Virus record (IMG/VR): IMGVR_UViG_2816332336_000005
Coordinates: 41,176 to 105,175 of that record
Source: a virus
Lineage: Duplodnaviria; Caudoviricetes
Length of the DNA stretch: 64,000 nucleotides
Direction: 5' to 3' (one strand)
Position 1 is the stretch's first letter. The number at the start of each line of letters is the position of its first letter. Shown here in pieces: positions 36,446-46,958 of this stretch. The position numbers were made by a program, and so were the translations under genes. The notes under the pieces were generated by a model, which worked only from the letters and a program-made list of their open reading frames with translations, searched no databases and was not told the DNA's origin.

Positions 36446-36721
36446 TTGAAAAACAAATTCTCAAAAATTCTTTCCGTCGTGGCACTTTCGACCCTTGTCT
36501 TTTCTCCAAGCGTTCTTGCCGCAGACAAAGTATGGAAAACAGTAACATATGAAAAAGTATTACGTCATTGGTCGGGCAAGTTTGATCCTGAGATTAATTA
36601 CGACAACGGGAAAGGGTACTCAGGTAAACTTAAGCTTGTAAGCACATCTTGCGATGTCAGAGACGCTGAAATCGAAGAATGTGATATCACCTATGAGGGA
36701 TGGCTTTACTACCAATATTAA
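36446..36721 (+). CDS. Small secreted protein (moron)
   Basis: Sec signal peptide ending VLA-A; own RBS; downstream hairpin ACCTCAGCT...AGCTGAGGT; AT-rich. Confidence 0.75.
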   Translation: MKNKFSKILSVVALSTLVFSPSVLAADKVWKTVTYEKVLRHWSGKFDPEINYDNGKGYSGKLKLVSTSCDVRDAEIEECDITYEGWLYYQY

Positions 36722-36824
36722 TAAGCTATAAAGCGCGAACCTCAGCTTATCATTAAAGGGATAGCTGAGGTCTTTTAATTTTACTTAGCTACGTCCCAAG
36801 ATTTTATCTGAAATTCAGTCATCA

Positions 36825-37064
36825 TTACTTCGCCTCCTTAATAGATTCGTAGACTTCGAGAAGCTTTCGTTCAGCAAAATGCAAGCCAGCTCTATATGCT
36901 TTCGTTTCCAAGTCGTCTGGTTCTTGCAGAATCACTCGATGGTGCTCCTCGTGTAGCTTATAAAGCGTATGAAAAACGATATCGACTAACTGTTCACTAA
37001 CCGCAGGCTTGCATTGTAACATTTCGATTAACTCGCGTTGTTCATTCGTTGGGCCGTAGCTCAT
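36825..37064 (-). CDS. Hypothetical protein
   Basis: Coupled ORF. Confidence 0.55.
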   Translation of the reverse strand: MSYGPTNEQRELIEMLQCKPAVSEQLVDIVFHTLYKLHEEHHRVILQEPDDLETKAYRAGLHFAERKLLEVYESIKEAK

Positions 37065-37360
37065 CGACGTACCTCCTTAACAACGAATACCTTGCCCCGT
37101 TGCTCAACGATCTGGTATTTGTCGGTGTCAAATCGGGACATATCCGTTATAGTGACCTCATATCTTGGAGTTGCGTAATCTACCACTACGAAGCCAGTCC
37201 AATTGCTTAGGATTGCCGAGATTAGTAAAAACGTTATTCCCATAGATTCTCCGTTGATTAGACTGAAAAACGCCATTACTCCAAAGATCACAGCAAGCAT
37301 CCCAAGGCATATCATGCCAACCAACGCTCCGGTATTTGACACCGTACTTAGAATTTCCAT
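37061..37360 (-). CDS. Membrane protein (2 TM)
   Basis: Hydrophobic segments; GGAGGTG RBS. Confidence 0.6.
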   Translation of the reverse strand: MEILSTVSNTGALVGMICLGMLAVIFGVMAFFSLINGESMGITFLLISAILSNWTGFVVVDYATPRYEVTITDMSRFDTDKYQIVEQRGKVFVVKEVRR

Positions 37361-37374
37361 CCTGCCACCTCCGT

Positions 37375-39609
37375 TTATCTAATTGGGCACGCCCCACCCT
37401 CGCATGAATCCGCGCCCTCTAAATCGCTAGTTCCGTCCGTCTCGTACTTCGCTAGAATCGCCGGATCGAACGGCTTCATCTTGGCGCGTAGCTCCTCGTA
37501 TTCCTCTTTCGTAATAGCCTCGTATGGCGCGAGTTGATACGTGCCGCCATCGAGTGCCAAGAACGATACGCCTACGAAATCGTCCCATCCGTCCCACACC
37601 GTCTGCTCAACCGTTGCCCATTCGTCCGGCCTCACAGTAATCGTATTGGACGAATTGTGGTCGGTGTACGAACGTTGGAATCGGAAGTAAGTCTCGAATT
37701 GACGCGCTGCACTTACGTCATCTTTCGTTTCTAACGCGCCAGAAGCTACGGGAAAGTCGATGACCAGCGTTCGGGCGTTGGCGAGACGTTCTGCTTCGGT
37801 GTCGCCCGGCGTTCCGACCTCGGGATTCACCGTCCAGCCGAGTTCCTGCGCCACCTTCACGAGTGGATCGGACGCGTTGATACGGATACGTCGAATGTAG
37901 TACGGGCTGTGCGACCAGTGTAGACCGGACGATACGCCGCCAGCTAGTTGCGAGATGGTTCCCTCCGGCTTGACCGTTGTCACAAGTAAGGGCGCGTTCA
38001 CCCGCAGTTCCTTCGCATAGGCCTCCGCCTCGTTATTTGCTACGGTGCCGAGAAGTTCGAGTAAATCACATTCCTGCCGTTCGCTATAGTTAACGGCCGC
38101 CATAGCGTCCTTCCAACCGGTTAGCGACGTACCGAGAAGCCTATCACGCTGTTGGATCGCGTCCCAATGTGGCAATTCGAGTGTTACGAGAGTCATTCGT
38201 AAGCCGGCACGGGCGGAGCGTCGTTGAGCTTGTAGGAGTGCGGGGATATCGAGTGTATTGCCGCGCACGAACTGCATAACGTTGACCGTCGTTAAGTTGC
38301 AGACTCCGTATGAATCGAGCAGTATTTCCGCGCAGGGATTAAGGCCCTCAGCGTTCGGCCGTCTTCTTCGCGCCTCTTCCAGATTGATAAACCCGGGTTC
38401 GCCTTCCGATTGCATGATCGTAAACACTAGATTTAGAAACACGCGACTAGGTTTCGTTTCGAACGCGATAGAGTTATTCGATAGTCTCCGGTGATCAAGC
38501 CCGAACCGTCCGTCTCCTACCTTCATGATAGAGTCGAACCACTCCGGCTTTTGTCCGATAGCCTCTAGCATTTCGCCTACCTTACGATGGTGCGCGAGTT
38601 GATCTTCCGTCCACACTCCGTTGATGCCGTACTTTGCGAGCAAGCACTCGTAGTCGTCCGCGTCAAAGAGGAATATTTCAGCTGTTCTACGGACGCCCCC
38701 GACCACAACGTTTGCTCCGATAAGATTGCCGATATCGAGAATGTGGATCGGGCGGACTTGGGCGTAATCGAACTGCCCATATGCGAGTGTCATCGGTTCC
38801 AGTGACGGATCAATCTCGTTCTTTAACACGCGGTCAATCCCCGCAAACATCTCCGCAAGTGGCTCGTGACCCGATGCCGTCCCGCCGAATCGTTTCAGAC
38901 GTTCACCTTTCGGACGAACCGAATTGTACGAAATTTTCACGGTGTGGACTGACTCGCATTGCGGCTCCGTTAAGATTTCGAAATAGGCTCGGAGGGCTTC
39001 GACCCATCCTTCTTTACTGTCGCCCACGTAGATTTTCACGTAGCCGTTATCGAGTTCAGTCACTTTCGTTTGCTCTAATCGTCGGTCTACGGGAACAGGT
39101 TCGTAGGGCGCGTTGATTAACGTTGTGTTTGTGCGGATTGGCGCTAACCCTGCCGCGAACTCCTTCGTACACTTGAATCCGACGCCTGTACCGATCATCA
39201 ACAAGTAGAACAGGTCGCCTAAATCCGACCACGATCGAATGTTAATGAAGGAGCAATTAAAATTCGCGAGTGGGTACTTATCCGCGATTCCGCTTTCGGC
39301 GCCCCCGACCCACAACGTCCGCCCACTCAGGAATTGACGTAGATTGAACATTCCGTCGAAGAACGACTCAGCTTCGGCCTGTAAACTCGCGTAAGGCACC
39401 GTGTAGCCGATCTTTTCGTAATGCCTAACCGCGAGACCAAGGTTGTACTCCGTAGCCCTACGGCACGTTTCTTTCCACGTCTCACGGCGGCCGATTTCGG
39501 GCAGCCACCGTGAATATGTCCGGTAATATACGAACTTGCCCAGCTCGTTCGTGTGTTCGGGAAAGTCCGGGTAATTCCCGATGAACTCATCCGTTAGCAA
39601 TTGAGTCAA
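37375..39609 (-). CDS. nrdJ: Class II (adenosylcobalamin-dependent) ribonucleotide reductase, monomeric RTPR type
   Basis: [39 protein letters not shown] and C-terminal CEGGACPIR motifs. Confidence 0.95.
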   Translation of the reverse strand: MTQLLTDEFIGNYPDFPEHTNELGKFVYYRTYSRWLPEIGRRETWKETCRRATEYNLGLAVRHYEKIGYTVPYASLQAEAESFFDGMFNLRQFLSGRTLWVGGAESGIADKYPLANFNCSFINIRSWSDLGDLFYLLMIGTGVGFKCTKEFAAGLAPIRTNTTLINAPYEPVPVDRRLEQTKVTELDNGYVKIYVGDSKEGWVEALRAYFEILTEPQCESVHTVKISYNSVRPKGERLKRFGGTASGHEPLAEMFAGIDRVLKNEIDPSLEPMTLAYGQFDYAQVRPIHILDIGNLIGANVVVGGVRRTAEIFLFDADDYECLLAKYGINGVWTEDQLAHHRKVGEMLEAIGQKPEWFDSIMKVGDGRFGLDHRRLSNNSIAFETKPSRVFLNLVFTIMQSEGEPGFINLEEARRRRPNAEGLNPCAEILLDSYGVCNLTTVNVMQFVRGNTLDIPALLQAQRRSARAGLRMTLVTLELPHWDAIQQRDRLLGTSLTGWKDAMAAVNYSERQECDLLELLGTVANNEAEAYAKELRVNAPLLVTTVKPEGTISQLAGGVSSGLHWSHSPYYIRRIRINASDPLVKVAQELGWTVNPEVGTPGDTEAERLANARTLVIDFPVASGALETKDDVSAARQFETYFRFQRSYTDHNSSNTITVRPDEWATVEQTVWDGWDDFVGVSFLALDGGTYQLAPYEAITKEEYEELRAKMKPFDPAILAKYETDGTSDLEGADSCEGGACPIR

Positions 39610-39781
39610 TCCGCGTCATCTCCCTTTCAATATCGTTTATCGCGTTGATAACCGTTTGTCTTCGTAATCTTAGCGTTAGACATCTTCGTTCACTGACGAT
39701 TAGGCTCTCGTTTACGTCCTCTAGCTCATCGCACAAGTAACGGAGTGATCGTTCGACTGGTTTCTCGTCGTACTTATTCAT
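39587..39781 (-). CDS. Small coiled-coil protein
   Basis: [13 protein letters not shown]...; ATGA overlap with the upstream ORF. Confidence 0.55.
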   Translation of the reverse strand: MNKYDEKPVERSLRYLCDELEDVNESLIVSERRCLTLRLRRQTVINAINDIEREMTRIDSIANG

Positions 39782-39954
39782 CCGGTCAATACTCGCATCA
39801 ATCGGAGTAGTGCAAAAAGCAAGACCGAGTGAACAAACGGGATGCCTACGCCTAGAAGAGCAAAAATGTAATACACGCCAGCGCCGCCTAGTAAATATAC
39901 GCCTGCAACGATTACTGCCCAAAATATGAAGAACCCCAGCTTAGACCAACTCAT
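39778..39954 (-). CDS. Small membrane protein (58 aa, not in ORF track)
   Basis: MSWSKLGFFIFWAVIVAGVYLLGG...; AAGGAG RBS. Confidence 0.6.
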   Translation of the reverse strand: MSWSKLGFFIFWAVIVAGVYLLGGAGVYYIFALLGVGIPFVHSVLLFALLRLMRVLTG

Positions 39955-39966
39955 CTAATCTCTCCT

Positions 39967-40128
39967 TTACCATTGAAATAAGGTAATGCAGATATAAGCA
40001 GCTACGGGAATTGCAATGAGAAATGATGCAAGTCGTCTCCCACCTGAAGCATAATTAGTGGCGATAATTCCTACGATAGCAATGATATACATAATAAGAG
40101 AGTACCAACCCAGAATCTGCGTTAACAT
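39967..40128 (-). CDS. Small membrane protein (53 aa, not in ORF track)
   Basis: MLTQILGWYSLIMYIIAIVGII...; coupled to the ruvC stop. Confidence 0.6.
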   Translation of the reverse strand: MLTQILGWYSLIMYIIAIVGIIATNYASGGRRLASFLIAIPVAAYICITLFQW

Positions 40129-40652
40129 CAAACCGCCTCCTCAACGTCTATCAATTTATTCGCGATAAGATACGCCAGCACCACCGCACACGCATCGCTG
40201 TCATCGTAGCCAACCGCAAACTCATAGTCTTCTGGCAATCCGAGCATCTTACGTACACTTACCGCGACCTCAACCTTCTCCGCCTTGCCATTGCCGGTGA
40301 CCAACCGTTTTACAGCCGTCGGACTAATTTCGTCTGTCACCGTGTAGCCATACCGAGCCAGCCCTTGGTCAACGGCCGCCCACGCACCGAACACGCCTTG
40401 TCTCGCCCTTTTCGACCGGCCATCCGTAAAGTCCTCACGTATAATTGCCGTAAGTGGTCCCGCATCGTGAGCGACCGCAACCGTCTTGGCCTCGATGTAT
40501 GCGAACCGTTGGCCGTCCGTATGAGCTGTAGATGTAACGAGCGATGACGCGTATATTAGCGTAGGCACCCGGTTCACTACGTCTATCACCGCGAATCCGG
40601 GGTTCATCGAAATGTCCAAACCGAGATATCGTTCCTTTTTACGAGTTGCCAT
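40128..40652 (-). CDS. ruvC: RuvC-like Holliday junction resolvase
   Basis: LGLDIS, VKRLVTGNGKAEK and DDSDACAV motifs. Confidence 0.85.
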   Translation of the reverse strand: MATRKKERYLGLDISMNPGFAVIDVVNRVPTLIYASSLVTSTAHTDGQRFAYIEAKTVAVAHDAGPLTAIIREDFTDGRSKRARQGVFGAWAAVDQGLARYGYTVTDEISPTAVKRLVTGNGKAEKVEVAVSVRKMLGLPEDYEFAVGYDDSDACAVVLAYLIANKLIDVEEAV

Positions 40653-40655
40653 CGG

Positions 40656-40859
40656 TCACCTCCGTAAGCCCGCCGCGGTCTCTAAATGACGCGCATAGTC
40701 GAGCAGATTGTCGTACACCACATCGCTGTCCTCCGTATGGAGCTCGGAGGCTAAACGGCGGAGGTCGCCGGACACGACCGCCATCACCGTTTTAAGTGAG
40801 TCTACTTCGCGTTCCAATTCGTCATAATTTTCGATCATGTCGTGAGAGACTACCGGCAT
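40656..40859 (-). CDS. Hypothetical protein
   Basis: GGAGGTG RBS then MPVVSHDM. Confidence 0.5.
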   Translation of the reverse strand: MPVVSHDMIENYDELEREVDSLKTVMAVVSGDLRRLASELHTEDSDVVYDNLLDYARHLETAAGLRR

Positions 40860-41056
40860 TCGGTAGACACCTCCACGACTTCTATCGTGCATACTTTGTG
40901 CGTATCTACAACGCAGTTACCAACTTCTGTTTTGTCGCTAAACATAAAGTGTCTTGCGGCATAGAAGTTTCGAACAAACTCCACGAAGGATTTACCCGAG
41001 CAGTCAGTAAGTAGTCGCACATCCCCATTATCGAGTATCATTTTCATTTTCAACAC
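40850..41056 (-). CDS. Hypothetical protein
   Basis: In-operon ORF. Confidence 0.5.
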   Translation of the reverse strand: MLKMKMILDNGDVRLLTDCSGKSFVEFVRNFYAARHFMFSDKTEVGNCVVDTHKVCTIEVVEVSTECR

Positions 41057-41647
41057 TTACGCCACCTCCACGATTTTCGCCCCGTAAGGTACGTATTTCA
41101 ACGGCCGATCCGGTGCATTTACGACTACATTCCGATAATCAATTCCACGGTAATCTGCAATCGGTTTTAGTTTACGGAAGATCTCGATTGTGGCGAGTAC
41201 ATCGTTCATCGCACGATGGTGTCCGTTTAACTCGATGCCATATCGGGCACATACGTCTTTTAATGAAGCTGATTCCGTGGGCGCTACGAGCTTGGCGAGC
41301 GATCGAGTGCAGACGAACTTTTCAAGGAACATAACGCGTCCAGTAACAAACGATAGGTCGAATGGGGCATTGTGAGCAACGACCGTAGTATCAGCGAAAA
41401 ATTTACCTAACGCACTGGTAGCGAAGAAACTGTGAGTGCCACCGTGCAAATCTCTCTCTGTGATACCCGTCAGTTCCACGATAAAGTTTGGTAATTCGCG
41501 TCCCTCATCGAGCTGCACAAACGTCTGGAACCGTCCGTACTCCCGTTCTAAATCCGTTCTGATCGCGGCAACTTCGATAATTTGATCGTTCTCGTGGTCG
41601 AGTCCCGTCGTTTCCAGGTCAATGAACGTGTAGATTTCGCCCATCAA
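41057..41647 (-). CDS. DEDDh 3'-5' exonuclease (DnaQ-like)
   Basis: DLETTG, AHNAPFD and HRAMND motifs. Confidence 0.92.
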   Translation of the reverse strand: MMGEIYTFIDLETTGLDHENDQIIEVAAIRTDLEREYGRFQTFVQLDEGRELPNFIVELTGITERDLHGGTHSFFATSALGKFFADTTVVAHNAPFDLSFVTGRVMFLEKFVCTRSLAKLVAPTESASLKDVCARYGIELNGHHRAMNDVLATIEIFRKLKPIADYRGIDYRNVVVNAPDRPLKYVPYGAKIVEVA

Positions 41648-42642
41648 GCCGCCTCCTTATCGAGTATCGAGGTGATTTGTTCGAACGCGACGATATACGA
41701 TCGTTTCTTCCACTCAGGCATTCGCGACCTACGTACCATCGCCACTTGTCGTTCCAATTCATCGTATTCTTCGGCACTCAACGAAAGGGCGCACGCTGTC
41801 TTGAAGTTGTTAAACGTCCACTTTTCGAGGTCAAGCTTCGGTGGCCGACCCTCTTTCGATCGGACAACTATGTCCAGCAATTCGTCTCGAAGTCCGATCC
41901 GATCTTGATCCATAATAGTCACGTGGAACACTCGTAAATCAGGCTTGGCCGCGTATTCCTCATCCGTCAGTACCCAGTTAGCTTTAGACGCGTTCACATA
42001 CACGATAAGATAGTCGTCTAACGGCATTTCGGCTGTCCCGTACATTTCCGTATAGCCGACGCATTGAGCAACGTGCTTAGCTTCCGGCTCGGTCATCGAG
42101 TGCGGACTCGTCTTGGCTGCGGTTGATTGTTTCGACTTGATTTCGAGTCCCACGCGACGTCCGTCTTTGTATCGGAGGATTCCGTCAGGCTTTCCGTAGA
42201 GGGCGAAGCGTTGGCCGCCGTGATCCATTACGTGTAATTTCTGCGCGAAATCCTCCCACATTGGCAAGCCGTCCGGTGTACGTTCAACTGTGAACGGCGG
42301 CGCCTCCCCGAGAGTACGCTCGTAATGCTTCTCGATGAATAGTAGATCGCGTTGTATTACGTCACCGATTGCGGTACCGAGTCGTGTCCAGCGTCCTTGG
42401 TGCGGAGGTCGCGGTTGGATATCCTTCTTGGCTCCGCGTAGCTTCTCGTATAGCTCGCGTTTGTCAGCGTTAGCGCTAGACGGCGAAAAATACGGCTGGG
42501 CTCGAAAGTTGAAAAACGGACGGGTACGGAGGGCTTTCGCTTTCTGTTCGGAGATTAACGCGTCAAGTTCGTTGTCCCAAACCTCAGGCGCAGAGTGCCA
42601 TCGGTCAAGCATCGTTTTGAAATCATCGGCTAGTTGTGAGAT
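41644..42642 (-). CDS. PD-(D/E)XK (Cas4/RecB-like) phage exonuclease; probable ATC start
   Basis: FSPSS, GKPDGIL, LEIKS and Q...Y motifs. Confidence 0.8.
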   Translation of the reverse strand: MSQLADDFKTMLDRWHSAPEVWDNELDALISEQKAKALRTRPFFNFRAQPYFSPSSANADKRELYEKLRGAKKDIQPRPPHQGRWTRLGTAIGDVIQRDLLFIEKHYERTLGEAPPFTVERTPDGLPMWEDFAQKLHVMDHGGQRFALYGKPDGILRYKDGRRVGLEIKSKQSTAAKTSPHSMTEPEAKHVAQCVGYTEMYGTAEMPLDDYLIVYVNASKANWVLTDEEYAAKPDLRVFHVTIMDQDRIGLRDELLDIVVRSKEGRPPKLDLEKWTFNNFKTACALSLSAEEYDELERQVAMVRRSRMPEWKKRSYIVAFEQITSILDKEAA

Positions 42643-43139
42643 AGAGCATCGTCCTCCTTAGGAATATTATTTAGTTGTGCACAATCTCCAAATAATTCTG
42701 ATGCTTTTGTGTTATAAGCAATCGCTGCATCGACTGGAGACTCGTAGATACCTAGATATATCTTCTTTCCTAAATACATCACGCAGCTCTCCCACTTTTC
42801 AGCAGCTTTCGACCAAGAAACACCCCTAAATCCCGATTTGTTATTTCTGTTAAGATGCTGTCGGTTGGCCTGATTCTTAGTTTGGTCTACGATCCTTAAA
42901 TTTGACCTTCTATTATCTAACTTGTTGCCATTTATGTGATCAACAACTTTCCCTACTGGGGCCTTCACTATCTTACGATGCATTAATATAAAAGATTTGG
43001 CTCCCGTACCTTTGTGATGAATTGACCTTCCTGCATATCCGCTACTTACATAGTGCCACTTGTACCTGGATAGCGACTTGTAATCTAGGTCATCAACAAT
43101 CGCGACTTTTCCTTTCGTCAAAGTAATCTCTCGCGCCAA
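42630..43139 (-). CDS. HNH-AP2 homing endonuclease, free-standing
   Basis: VDHINGNKLDNRRSNLR HNH plus SGFRGVSW...YLG...AAIAYN AP2 domain; AT-richer than its neighbours. Confidence 0.92.
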   Translation of the reverse strand: MAREITLTKGKVAIVDDLDYKSLSRYKWHYVSSGYAGRSIHHKGTGAKSFILMHRKIVKAPVGKVVDHINGNKLDNRRSNLRIVDQTKNQANRQHLNRNNKSGFRGVSWSKAAEKWESCVMYLGKKIYLGIYESPVDAAIAYNTKASELFGDCAQLNNIPKEDDALSHN

Positions 43140-43143
43140 ATAA

Positions 43144-45321
43144 TCACTCCCCTCCTTCACACTCTTCGAACCACTTGTGTTCACTCACTTTTTTCATCCA
43201 ACGTTCCGGATTAATTTCCACGTCACAACGAACTGGACATCGTAGTTTTACAGCGTTCTCCATTGTTGCTCTGATATGACCTAACGCATCTTGTGTTATG
43301 TCTCTAGGGCAATCGAAGAGGAGCTCATCATGTACTTGCAGTAGGGTAAAGGTGTCATAATGTTTGAGAACTGGTATAAGGTCTACAATCGCCTTTTTGA
43401 GAATAGAACCCGCGCTCTCTTGGATCGGGAAGTTACCCGCCTGACGTTGTGCGCCAAATACTCGAAAACGCTCTTTCGATTTAATGTCCTCATGAAGTCG
43501 GCGTTTCCTTCCGAAAATCCCCGATACAAATCCGTCCTTCATAACCTTCCGATGCTGTTCGTCCATATATCGTTTAATGCCGGGATATCCACGAAAGTAA
43601 TCGTCAATGATCGTCTGTGCGTCAGCTTTTGTTACTTCAAGCGTATCTGCAAGCTTACCGGCGCCCATTCCGTAAACGATTCCGAAGTTAACAATTTTCG
43701 CTTGTTTCCTAAGTTTCTGGCACTCGTGACCCTCCGTATCTTTGTGTTGCTCTATATCGTCATAAGTGTATCGTCCTTTACTGATAAGTGCCGCCGTGGT
43801 CGAGTGTATATCTCGCCCTGTCTCGAATGCCTCGATAAGCACCGATTCATTTGCCATATGTGCTAACACGCGCAATTCGATCTGTGAATAATCGACTGAA
43901 ACAAGAATCCGGTCACTGTTCGTCGCGAGAAAAAGATGTCGTATTTCTGGCCGCTTAGCCGGGATTTGTTGCGTATTTGGATTGGCGCATGTGAATCGTC
44001 CAGTTGCGGCGCCCCAAGTATTGTGCCATGGGTGTATTTTCCCATCGGCTTTTACAGTATGAGGCAGTTTAGACGTGAACGCTTGTCTTAATTTCCCTAC
44101 CGCACGGTAATCGAGAATTAACGGAATGACCGGGTGGTTCTTTTTAATACGTTTTAAGGTACGAACTCCTGTAGACCCTTTATCGTTATCAGGCAACCGT
44201 AAATCCCCGTATAGTTTTTTTGATAGCTGTATTGGTGAGTTTAGATTGATTTTTTCACCTAGATATTCATGTATCTCCGCCTCTAACTGCAACTCCTCTT
44301 GCCCAAACTTCTCGTCCAGTTCCTTCGCCATATCTACATCAAACCGGATTCCACGTAAGTCAGACCTGATGAATTGTCGACACACAGGCATTTCGATGTC
44401 GAATACCAATCGCTCGATACGTTTGAGATCGTCGCGCTTCGAATACCAAGCACGAATCCACTCGTAAAGTTTTAGCGTCTTCTCCGTATCGCCTGCCGCG
44501 TATACCAAAGCGACATCTAACGGAATTTGATTGAACGGAGTTTTACCGAAAAGCTGATCGAAATTGTCTCCAGGCAGTTTTAACCAATCTGTACACAAGT
44601 CCTTTAAACGGTGGTTACGGTTTTCATCGAGTGCCATTGCCATTATCCTTGTGTCAGCATAGAGCGCGTCTACCAGGTCAAGCCCGTATTTCACATAGAA
44701 CCATTTGCAATCAAAGGGCGCGTTGTGCATGACAATCTTGGACTTCGGAAGTACCTCGATCATTCTATCGATTACGCATTCTTCAGGCAGTGCCTTCTCA
44801 ACGTGATTTAACGGAATATAGAAGCTTTCAGAGTGAGTTGAAACGCTGAATCCCGCCATATCACCGCGCCAAGGATCGAGAGCTGCACCATCTTCCCCGA
44901 ACGTTTCACAGTCAACAGCTATAATATCCGCAGATTCAATCGCCCGAATCATGTATTCTAACGAAGAAACGTTGTTTACTAGGTGGTAATTAGGCGGAGT
45001 ATTCCGTACCATCTCCGCCAATTTTTCACCGCGTTGTCGCTCGTTTAAATCTGCCCATATCCGGAGAGCTTCCGCCTTACTGAACCGTTTGGCAACGTCA
45101 GTCGGACGTCTGCCTATTACGCCCGACTCCATCGCTCGTTTAACTTCTAGTAAACGCCCTTGATCCGATGCACTATTACTCATTGCAAGTATACGCACCC
45201 ACGCCTGCTCAATCGTTTCTGTTGCGGCAGACTTACGTTTAGTCGCGTCTGCCACTCGTTGCTTAACCTCGGCGTCGGTTACGGTCGGTGAACGGAGTTT
45301 TAACGATAACTTTACGGTCAG
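43144..45321 (-). CDS. polA: Family A DNA polymerase with 3'-5' exonuclease; probable CTG start
   Basis: DCET, HNAPFD, DYSQIELR, KIVNFGIVYG and QVHDE motifs; AAAGGAGG RBS 8 nt before the in-frame CTG. Confidence 0.95.
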   Translation of the reverse strand: MTVKLSLKLRSPTVTDAEVKQRVADATKRKSAATETIEQAWVRILAMSNSASDQGRLLEVKRAMESGVIGRRPTDVAKRFSKAEALRIWADLNERQRGEKLAEMVRNTPPNYHLVNNVSSLEYMIRAIESADIIAVDCETFGEDGAALDPWRGDMAGFSVSTHSESFYIPLNHVEKALPEECVIDRMIEVLPKSKIVMHNAPFDCKWFYVKYGLDLVDALYADTRIMAMALDENRNHRLKDLCTDWLKLPGDNFDQLFGKTPFNQIPLDVALVYAAGDTEKTLKLYEWIRAWYSKRDDLKRIERLVFDIEMPVCRQFIRSDLRGIRFDVDMAKELDEKFGQEELQLEAEIHEYLGEKINLNSPIQLSKKLYGDLRLPDNDKGSTGVRTLKRIKKNHPVIPLILDYRAVGKLRQAFTSKLPHTVKADGKIHPWHNTWGAATGRFTCANPNTQQIPAKRPEIRHLFLATNSDRILVSVDYSQIELRVLAHMANESVLIEAFETGRDIHSTTAALISKGRYTYDDIEQHKDTEGHECQKLRKQAKIVNFGIVYGMGAGKLADTLEVTKADAQTIIDDYFRGYPGIKRYMDEQHRKVMKDGFVSGIFGRKRRLHEDIKSKERFRVFGAQRQAGNFPIQESAGSILKKAIVDLIPVLKHYDTFTLLQVHDELLFDCPRDITQDALGHIRATMENAVKLRCPVRCDVEINPERWMKKVSEHKWFEECEGGE

Positions 45322-45339
45322 AGCGACCGCCTCCTTTCG

Positions 45340-46542
45340 TTACGCTACTCGTAAGTTTACAACGGATTCTACTGGTGCGATGAGCTCTAGCTGATCCGCC
45401 TTAGTCCATGTTCCGTCGGTACTCTCCACAAACGCGGGCTTACTTAGCCGGTAAGGCATAGAAGTTCCATCATCATCTACGACAGTGGTGATAATTCCTA
45501 CATGCTCATTTAGACCGTGACAACTCGATGCTCCAAGGAATCTTACCGTGTCGCCTACCTTAAACTTGCCAACCTTACGTCCGATTTCGGCCCATTTCGC
45601 CTCTTTGTCGGTTACCTTCTCTAGTTGATCAGGCTTCGCGTAGCCCTTCTTTCCATCTTGTCTTTTAATAGTCACTCTATCATCGTCCTCGCGTAAGCCG
45701 ACAGTATAGATACCGCCATCATCAAATCCGAACAGTGGCAACTCTCTTCCGCCGCTAATCAAACGTACCTTATCGCCCGGTTCAAACTGATCAAGTGCTT
45801 GTTTACGCAATGCTTCCGCAACTTCTTCGTCAGTGGCGCGGACTAACCCATCCTCTCGGAACCAGCCTGTGATTCTCTCGTCTAAGTCCTCGGCACGGTA
45901 TGGCGTACGGGATTCATCATCGCAGACAACCTTCACGATTTGCCCAACTGAGGCGTATGCCATATCGGCCTTTACCACTTTCGCATACTCCCCGACTTTC
46001 AAACGGTTAGCTTTCTTCTTCTTCATCGCTTCAAGTTCGGCAACTCTCGCTTGTGCTGCGGCTAGTTCCTCGTCGATGGAGGCCGGCTCTAGTACGGCGT
46101 AATCTCCCGATTGCAAGAACCATTTTTCATTTACATCATCAATAAAATGAGGATCACCCGCTTTGTCTAATTCAGTAATCTCGTAAACTTTACCCGCGGT
46201 GCAATCCATCCGCGACACACTAGAGATTATGAATCTATCGCCCACTCTCGCATCTCGCGCAACCTTTCGATAAGTTACGCCATCATGCGTTACTAGTTCG
46301 TTCGGAACAGTGCCGATTTTTTCGAGTAACTCGTAACGATCGAGCCAAGTATCACATTCGTCGCCTTCCTCATCAATAAAATAAGGATCACCGAAGGAGT
46401 CAACTTCCATTACCTCATATGGCTTGCCTTCTTCAATATAAGACCTTGGCGATTCATCGTAGAACACATAATCACCCACCTGCGCATCACGATCCGTTAC
46501 CACGCGATATTGAACGCCATTTACCGTTTTGAAGTTTGCCAT
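45340..46542 (-). CDS. Multi-SH3-like repeat protein
   Basis: Several modules beginning with variants of (A/F/L)xVGD/E and containing G..Y.V. Confidence 0.65.
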   Translation of the reverse strand: MANFKTVNGVQYRVVTDRDAQVGDYVFYDESPRSYIEEGKPYEVMEVDSFGDPYFIDEEGDECDTWLDRYELLEKIGTVPNELVTHDGVTYRKVARDARVGDRFIISSVSRMDCTAGKVYEITELDKAGDPHFIDDVNEKWFLQSGDYAVLEPASIDEELAAAQARVAELEAMKKKKANRLKVGEYAKVVKADMAYASVGQIVKVVCDDESRTPYRAEDLDERITGWFREDGLVRATDEEVAEALRKQALDQFEPGDKVRLISGGRELPLFGFDDGGIYTVGLREDDDRVTIKRQDGKKGYAKPDQLEKVTDKEAKWAEIGRKVGKFKVGDTVRFLGASSCHGLNEHVGIITTVVDDDGTSMPYRLSKPAFVESTDGTWTKADQLELIAPVESVVNLRVA

Positions 46543-46544
46543 TA

Positions 46545-46940
46545 TTAAACCGCCTCCGATAATTGTTTTTTAATAACAGTCGATAACTTGCGCCATTTCT
46601 CGTTGATATTGTCCGGCGTCGCCCAGTATTCGGACAGTTCCCGATTTTCAATCAAGTACACTTCGCCGTCGAGCACCCCGATGAGATAATCCGCGTCGTC
46701 CCGCGTGTAAACTTCGCCACTATTACGCGAGCCACATACAACGAGCGCGCCGCCTCGATCATCCCTCCTACGTACGGTCTTTACTTGAAACGTCTGCCAG
46801 TCGCGTGACAACGGGTGCCGCGCTACAATGTCGTACACTTCGGGGGCTTCGGGATTGGCGATCTCATAACCGTTAGCAAGGAGCGCTGTTTTCGCCACTA
46901 ACTGCGAATGGGCTCCGATATTATTCGAGTAGTTCGCCAT
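46545..46940 (-). CDS. PD-(D/E)XK endonuclease-like protein
   Basis: YDIV...FQVKT...YT.DDADY motif. Confidence 0.7.
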   Translation of the reverse strand: MANYSNNIGAHSQLVAKTALLANGYEIANPEAPEVYDIVARHPLSRDWQTFQVKTVRRRDDRGGALVVCGSRNSGEVYTRDDADYLIGVLDGEVYLIENRELSEYWATPDNINEKWRKLSTVIKKQLSEAV

Positions 46941-46958
46941 CTGGTCGCCTCCTCTCGG

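Noticed and set aside
41644-42642. CRISPR-associated Cas4
   Set aside because: It sits in the replication operon, lacks an evident four-Cys cluster and has no cas1/cas2 or array; best read as a phage recombination exonuclease.
37375-45321. Group I intron or intein in nrdJ or polA
   Set aside because: Both ORFs are continuous and of normal length with intact motifs; the HNH gene lies between genes.
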